DNA of 64,000 nucleotides, taken from Bacteroidia bacterium. Lineage in GTDB: Bacteria; Bacteroidota; Bacteroidia; CAIKAF01. The notes below the pieces were generated by a model that saw only the letters and a list, made by a program, of their open reading frames with translations, was not told the DNA's origin and did not search any database. A program made the position numbers and the translations under genes. The number at the start of each line of letters is the position of its first letter. Within the stretch, counting starts at the first letter, position 1. The stretch spans positions 10,463 through 74,462 of the forward strand of contig JAUHWY010000014.1 of NCBI GenBank assembly GCA_030427255.1. Reading direction: 5' to 3'. Below are positions 59,208-64,000 of this stretch, in pieces.

Positions 59208-59320
59208 AGTTTTTTGTGTACATTTCACAAGTAAAATAAACATCAACGGAGACGTACTAACGCAACAGAGGGTTGTGGGATGGATGTTATTTTATGGTTC
59301 TTATAAGTAAGTTAGCAAAT
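59208..59320 (+). other. attI-like primary recombination site 1
   Basis: Lies between the integrase stop and the first cassette. Imperfect IR AAAATAAACATC/GATGTTATTTT. The core GTTAGCAAAT at 59311 is exactly complementary to ATTTGCTAAC at the end of cassette 1. Confidence 0.65.
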
Positions 59321-59345
59321 ATTAATTAAACAATAAATTATAAAA

Positions 59346-59894
59346 ATGAAAGACGAAAGAATTAAAGGCAAGCTTGGATTTATTTATTTTGAAGATGAAT
59401 CGAACGGAGAAACTAATCTCTACATTAGCCCATTATTGAAAACCGATCAAGATTTTGACAAAAATGGATTTATAAGCCTTTTCGAAGAGACGTTGAAAAA
59501 GGAATATGACTTGCAATCTATTGATAAAGATAGTTTGACATCAATTTGGAGTAACAACGAATTTATTGTTACTGATCAATTTAATTATTTAATGGAATTG
59601 ACAGTTGATAGCGACTTAACGAATATTTTTTCCCTCGCAGATACAAGTGAATTTGAAAATTTTATAAAAATAGAAGCTGATATTGATATTGACGTGCAAG
59701 AAAGTGCTAATAAAAAAAACAAAGAAGAATCAACAACTCCTCCACGGAGATATAATTTACACCCTCATGCAACTTATGTAGGTTGCAGAACAAGAATTTT
59801 CTTAGGTAGATTTAATTCTCAAGAGGCTTGCAATAGAGCAGGTAGGGCTAGATATGGTAGAAATGGGAATTGGTGCTGCTTACTTGATGATTAA
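59346..59894 (+). CDS. Cassette 1: hypothetical protein (acidic N-terminus, short Arg/Cys-rich tail)
   Basis: 182-aa AT-rich ORF bounded by the GTT core at 59311 and AAC at 59906. Confidence 0.7.
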   Translation: MKDERIKGKLGFIYFEDESNGETNLYISPLLKTDQDFDKNGFISLFEETLKKEYDLQSIDKDSLTSIWSNNEFIVTDQFNYLMELTVDSDLTNIFSLADTSEFENFIKIEADIDIDVQESANKKNKEESTTPPRRYNLHPHATYVGCRTRIFLGRFNSQEACNRAGRARYGRNGNWCCLLDD

Positions 59895-59898
59895 AAAC

Positions 59899-60033
59899 AT
59901 TTGCTAACACAGCATATAGCTTATGGCGGGTAAATTGCTAACTGCAAGGTTTTTGCTCCTTAGCCAGCTTTAGTTTCGGTGGACAGGAAATTGCTTCGAA
60001 ACCGCCACAAGCCATATGCAAACCGTTGGGTAG
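59899..60033 (+). repeat. attC-like site 1
   Basis: AAC 59906 to GTT 60025 (119 nt); arms 59912-59929 and 60002-60019 pair at 16/18. Confidence 0.8.
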
Positions 60034-60092
60034 AATACTGTAAGACAACAATCGAAACGAAATTTCGTTAGAATGACTAAATTTGCTACATT

Positions 60093-60389
60093 ATGGAAAT
60101 GATCTTCGATAAGGATAAGGACAGGGTGACTTCAATGCGTAGGAGTGATTATTGGAAAGACTCTATGGTTCATGATTTTTATCTTGACTATTACCAGAGC
60201 TTGTCTTCAAATGAACTCGACAGAGAGTTTAATAAGGACATTAATGCTTTAGCCAAAACGCTAAGTAAAATTTCAGACTCTGAGAGAAAAGCATTTATTG
60301 AAGTTCTTTCAAGATTTATTGAATTCTACCTTGAAAACAAAATTGATAAGGAAATTGATAACTCGATTTTTAAAATACTAAAGTTTTAA
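60093..60389 (+). CDS. Cassette 2 gene a: small acidic hypothetical protein
   Basis: 98-aa ORF, 2 nt from the next gene; TAAATTTG (-7-like) at 60078-60085. Confidence 0.7.
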   Translation: MEMIFDKDKDRVTSMRRSDYWKDSMVHDFYLDYYQSLSSNELDREFNKDINALAKTLSKISDSERKAFIEVLSRFIEFYLENKIDKEIDNSIFKILKF

Positions 60390-60391
60390 CT

Positions 60392-60835
60392 ATGGATGAT
60401 AAAAACAAAAACGAAGATCGAGAATTAGATGAACCTTCTGATAAAAGAGAAGACTCATCTTCAGATGAAATCATTCCTGAAGAAGTTCTTGATGCCATTC
60501 CAGAAGAAGATCGTGGGAAAGTAGCAAGCATCATCAAGCAAACAATGATTTCAGGGGTAATGAGAAGGAGCAATCCTATTGCTGAAAAAATTACTCCTGA
60601 GCATATTTCACAAATTATTTCAAAATCTGACGACCAGGACAAAAGAGACAGGCAAGAAAGAAAAGGCGAAAGGAATTATAACTTGCTATTAATCGTTATT
60701 GCTCTATTATTTGTCGGTTTTCTTATTGTCTTTCTGCAGTCAAATGAAGATTTACTACTAAAGATAGTAATTGGAATTATTTCATTTGTTGGTGGCTTTG
60801 GATTTGGTCAATCTCGTAAGAAAAAGGAAGAGTAA
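60392..60835 (+). CDS. Cassette 2 gene b: membrane protein with two C-terminal TM helices (DUF2335-like architecture)
   Basis: Charged N-terminus, two hydrophobic helices, basic tail RKKKEE. Confidence 0.7.
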   Translation: MDDKNKNEDRELDEPSDKREDSSSDEIIPEEVLDAIPEEDRGKVASIIKQTMISGVMRRSNPIAEKITPEHISQIISKSDDQDKRDRQERKGERNYNLLLIVIALLFVGFLIVFLQSNEDLLLKIVIGIISFVGGFGFGQSRKKKEE

Positions 60836-60842
60836 AGTACGA

Positions 60843-60979
60843 CTGCCCAACAGCACCTAAGAAAGTCTGGGGCGGACATCAGTAAATGCAAGGCTCGTTC
60901 TTCGCGGCTAAATTAGTTGTGGGCTGAAAGGAAGTCGCTCCCAAAAGCCCACGTTTCTTAGCTGCAAACCGTTAGCAAC
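60843..60979 (+). repeat. attC-like site 2
   Basis: AAC 60849 to GTT 60971 (122 nt); arms GCACCTAAGAAA / TTTCTTAGCTGC; ends GCAAACCGTT like site 1. Confidence 0.78.
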
Positions 60980-61021
60980 CAGCTGCTGCAACAGCTTCGT
61001 TCCCCGTTCGATGATTTGTGA
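60971..61021 (+). pseudogene. 3' tail of a second tyrosine recombinase, fused at the GTT core
   Basis: In frame from the GTT: VSNQLLQQLRSPFDDL*, collinear with VIRLALEQIRSPFDEL* of the first remnant. Confidence 0.75.
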
Positions 61022-61130
61022 AAACAAGGTATATTAGCAAAGAGTAAACAAATGAGGAAAACCATCACTTTGCCTACCATTGAGGGTGGATAAATGAGGT
61101 TTAGCCTCATTTGTAAACGAGTTGGGCTAA
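61022..61130 (+). other. attI-like site 2
   Basis: Perfect 10-bp IR ACAAATGAGG (61048-61057) / CCTCATTTGT (61105-61114), direct repeat AAATGAGG at 61092, core GTTGGGCTAA at 61121. Confidence 0.62.
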
Positions 61131-61139
61131 ATGTGAAAA

Positions 61140-61862
61140 ATGAAAATTCCGACAATCATAGGAACCATTGACAGACGAATTTTAATCAACTACCAAGTTG
61201 ACAAAGACGTGCTGACTAAATATTTGCCTGATCCTTTTCGACCAAAACTTGTGAACGACAAGGGAGTTGTTGGAATTTGCTTAATCAGACTAAAAAACAT
61301 TCGACCAAAAGGACTTCCGAAAACTGTTGGAATATCATCTGAAAACGGTGCTCATCGAATTGCAGTTGAGTGGTCAGAAAACGGACAGACCAAAGAAGGT
61401 GTTTTCATTCCCAGACGAGACACATCATCAAAACTGAACTCATTAGCAGGAGGACGAATTTTCCCAGGTATACATCACCTTGCCGCCTTTTCAGTTAACG
61501 AAGAAAATGGAAACTATTCAGTAGAGTTCACGAGTGACGATAAGACCTTTCTGTCAATTAAAGCCAAAGAATCTACTAATTGGAACATAGACAGCGTTTT
61601 TGACAGTTTGGAATGTGCTTCAGACTTCTTTGAGAAAGGTGCAGTAGGTTATTCACCAGACAAAACCGGTGAGACTTTTGACGGACTTGAATTGAAAACC
61701 TATGAATGGAAAGTTAGGCCACTAACAGTTTCGGAAGTAAGGTCGAGTTTCTTTGAAGATGAGACCATTTTTCCAAAAGGGACAGTCAAGTTTGACAATG
61801 CACTCCTGATGAAGAGCATTGAACACGAGTGGAAAAGTTTAAAAGGAATAAAGAAACACTAA
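61140..61862 (+). CDS. Cassette 3: DUF2071 (YqjF-like) family protein
   Basis: RRILINYQVD, GICLIRLKNIRP, SSENGAHRIAVEW, FFEKGAVGYS, FDNALLM. Confidence 0.75.
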   Translation: MKIPTIIGTIDRRILINYQVDKDVLTKYLPDPFRPKLVNDKGVVGICLIRLKNIRPKGLPKTVGISSENGAHRIAVEWSENGQTKEGVFIPRRDTSSKLNSLAGGRIFPGIHHLAAFSVNEENGNYSVEFTSDDKTFLSIKAKESTNWNIDSVFDSLECASDFFEKGAVGYSPDKTGETFDGLELKTYEWKVRPLTVSEVRSSFFEDETIFPKGTVKFDNALLMKSIEHEWKSLKGIKKH

Positions 61863-61995
61863 GACCAACATCGGCTACAGCAAATATGGGTTGACTGCTT
61901 AAAAATGAAGATATTACAACTAAATAAATTTACGGTAAACGGACAAGATAGCGGTTTCAAATCCAGCACTTGCCATAGCTAGGGCCGTTGCAAAC
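61860..61995 (+). repeat. attC-like site 3
   Basis: AAC 61867 to GTT 61987 (120 nt); arms 61873-61892 and 61961-61980 pair at 12/20 Watson-Crick plus wobbles. Confidence 0.72.
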
Positions 61996-62021
61996 AAGCC
62001 TAAAAGACGACACTGCAAGAA

Positions 62022-63572
62022 ATGGAAATTTGGCAATACATAGAAGTTTTAAGACGACCTAACAAGACTTGGTTTTTCTCAAAGGACAACACCGAAAAGA
62101 AGATTAACGCCTTGACTAAAATTGCCAATGACGGTTATCCAAGTCTAATTTGTAGTTTGACGGAATTTCTAAAAGATGACAACAAAGAAATTAGAGAAAC
62201 CACTTGCAAGACAATAACCCACCTGTACAAAAAGATTGACAACAAAAAAGGATATTACGACACTCTCAAACATTGTAGTATTTCAAAAACCGACATTGAT
62301 TTTTATGAAACTAACTTTCCAAAAGAACAATACGTTGTGTTGTTAGCAATCAGTTCATTAAACGGTAGTGGATACATTAGAGAAAAAGCTGTTAAAAAGC
62401 TTTCACAAGTTGACAGTCCAAGAGCCATACAATTTTTAATCTATCGCTTAGCTGATTGGGTTTTACCAGTTCGACAAGCTGCATTAAAAGGAATTGACAA
62501 CTATAAAACAACCAACTACATAGACAGCTTAATTGAAAACCTGCCAATTTTTGAGGGGCTTCAAAAAGTGGAACGGACAGACCTAAGCGGAATATACCAA
62601 GACATTGTTGAGTTCATTGTTTCCACAAACAGGTCGTATGTAATTGACAACTTCAAGAAATATCCAGACAAACTTAGAGTTTTATTAGCTAGGCACATTT
62701 CAAGTTCGCTTAGTGACAATCCACATGAATTAAAACTGTTCTTAACAGACAAGCATTTTTTGATTAGGAGCTTATCAATTCAGCATTTTGACAAACTTGA
62801 ACAAGTAGAAATCGAACAATTACTCCATGACAAATCGGCGAAAGTTCGACTTCAAACACTTTATTCCTTAAAAGCCCAAAACGGTTTTGAAACAATTGCA
62901 AAGAAATTTTTAGCGGACAATTCCTCTACAATAAGACATTTTTCAAGGTTTACGCTTAAACAAACAAACATGGAATTTGCTAAATTTTACAATGACAACT
63001 TACAAGAAAACAAACAATTCATTGGGTCATTAAGCGGACTTGCTGAAACGGAAGGTAAACAGTATTCGGAAACAGTTAAATCATATCTGAAACACAAAAA
63101 AATACGGGTTAAAAAGACAGCGTTTTTAGCTCTTTGCAAACTTGATGAAGAAAGTGCATATGACTTTGCATTTGCCAACCTTGACAGTCCATACTTAGGA
63201 CTTAGAAACGTAATCATTGAATTTCTATCTCGAATTCCAAGACAAGAAGTTTTGACAAAGGCAAGAAGTATTTACGAAACAGGCAATTATGACTCCAAAA
63301 AATCAATGCTAAAACTCTTCAACAAAATCGGCGGTTGGACAGCAATTCCCGACTTGATGATTGGAACAATTGATGAAAATGAGAACATAAGACAATTGGC
63401 ATTTGGCTATTTACTAATTTGGAGAACACGAGCAGTGAGTCTATTCTCAACACCAAAACAAGGGGAAATTGAAAGAGCAAAACAGATTTTCAGCTTCGTA
63501 AACGAGACACATCAGGACAAACAATATTTTAAAACTAACCCACTAGATGGACTTGACTTTTACTTCAAATAA
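62022..63572 (+). CDS. Cassette 4: HEAT-repeat (alpha-solenoid) protein
   Basis: Repeated units D..KEIRE, GYIREKAV, WVLPVRQAA, DKHFLIRS, SAKVRLQ, KIRVKKTA, DENENIRQ. Confidence 0.75.
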   Translation: MEIWQYIEVLRRPNKTWFFSKDNTEKKINALTKIANDGYPSLICSLTEFLKDDNKEIRETTCKTITHLYKKIDNKKGYYDTLKHCSISKTDIDFYETNFPKEQYVVLLAISSLNGSGYIREKAVKKLSQVDSPRAIQFLIYRLADWVLPVRQAALKGIDNYKTTNYIDSLIENLPIFEGLQKVERTDLSGIYQDIVEFIVSTNRSYVIDNFKKYPDKLRVLLARHISSSLSDNPHELKLFLTDKHFLIRSLSIQHFDKLEQVEIEQLLHDKSAKVRLQTLYSLKAQNGFETIAKKFLADNSSTIRHFSRFTLKQTNMEFAKFYNDNLQENKQFIGSLSGLAETEGKQYSETVKSYLKHKKIRVKKTAFLALCKLDEESAYDFAFANLDSPYLGLRNVIIEFLSRIPRQEVLTKARSIYETGNYDSKKSMLKLFNKIGGWTAIPDLMIGTIDENENIRQLAFGYLLIWRTRAVSLFSTPKQGEIERAKQIFSFVNETHQDKQYFKTNPLDGLDFYFK

Positions 63573-63582
63573 CAGAAGGCCA

Positions 63583-63717
63583 GCTTGTAACACGGGTTTT
63601 GCAAAAATCGCGGTTCAGTGCTTAAATCAAGCTTTGTGCTTTTATCAAAGTTCGTGCTTGGTTGACAGTGAAGTGCTTCGAAATACCCTACGTTTCATAC
63701 CTGAGAACGTTAAACCT
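63583..63717 (+). repeat. attC-like site 4
   Basis: AAC 63589 to GTT 63709 (120 nt); loop motif GACAGTGAAGTGCTTCGAAA shared with site 1 (GACAGGAAATTGCTTCGAAA); arms pair poorly. Confidence 0.68.
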
Positions 63718-63731
63718 AAGAACAAACGACA

Positions 63732-64000
63732 ATGAGGATAGATTATAAAATTGACGAAAACGATTTCTTGACACACCAACTTTTTGTGGCGTCAAAATCT
63801 GATCGCATCAAAAAGAAAAGGCAAAGCAGTAAAGTGGTTTGGCCATTAATTTGCGTTGCCCTTGGACTTTTATATATCATTCTGGGCAAAGTTTCAGGGT
63901 CGATACTATTTTTTATTACTGGACTTCTTTGGTTTTTCATTTACCCCATTTGGGAAAGATGGTACTATATCAAGCATTATAAGGGGTTCATTAAAGATAA
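63732..64000 (+). CDS. Cassette 5 (partial; not in the ORF track): YcxB-like membrane protein
   Basis: My translation: MRIDYKIDENDFLTHQLFVASKSDRIKKKRQSSKVVWPLICVALGLLYIILGKVSGSILFFITGLLWFFIYPIWERWYYIKHYKGFIKD, open to the window end. It starts 23 nt after the GTT at 63709. Confidence 0.75.
   Translation, partial: MRIDYKIDENDFLTHQLFVASKSDRIKKKRQSSKVVWPLICVALGLLYIILGKVSGSILFFITGLLWFFIYPIWERWYYIKHYKGFIKD

Noticed and set aside
59899-63717. Regularly recurring sites considered as a CRISPR array or simple terminators
   Set aside because: Units are ~130 bp, divergent and separated by whole genes; there are no cas genes and no U-tracts after the stems.
59015-64000. AT-rich region as a prophage or ICE
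   Set aside because: No phage or conjugation genes; the gene boundaries are explained by cassette sites.
1-64000. tRNA, rRNA or riboswitch genes
   Set aside because: None recognised by eye; a tRNAscan/Rfam run would be needed to exclude them.

Overview
Bacteroidota chromosomal window (two T9SS C-terminal sorting domains, TAnnTTTG-type promoters), in three parts. (1) 1-41001: a large, mostly minus-strand, ABC-exported (wzm/wzt) surface polysaccharide locus. It has 12 glycosyltransferases, 7 methyltransferases, a CDP-sugar pathway with C-methyl-, amino- and formyl-transferases, two ATP-grasp modules, an Arn/Gtr-like lipid-carrier module, a GT4-HisH fusion next to hisF2, an AT-rich inserted block and an IS66 relic. 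(2) 41314-58767: ordinary core genes (PKD/T9SS proteins, two-component systems, M23 peptidase, kynA, menF-like, mltD, M42 peptidase, hldD). (3) 58982-64000: the most interesting part, an AT-rich integron-like gene-cassette array not called by the ORF track. A truncated, frameshifted tyrosine-recombinase tail is followed in the same orientation by an attI-like site and at least 5 cassettes, separated by four attC-like hairpin sites with AAC-to-GTT spacing of 119-122 nt. The tail of a second integrase with its own attI-like site sits inside the array, joined exactly at a GTT crossover. Six copies of a ~150-bp hairpin repeat family lie in intergenic gaps across the window. All calls come from manual motif reading; no database searches were run.
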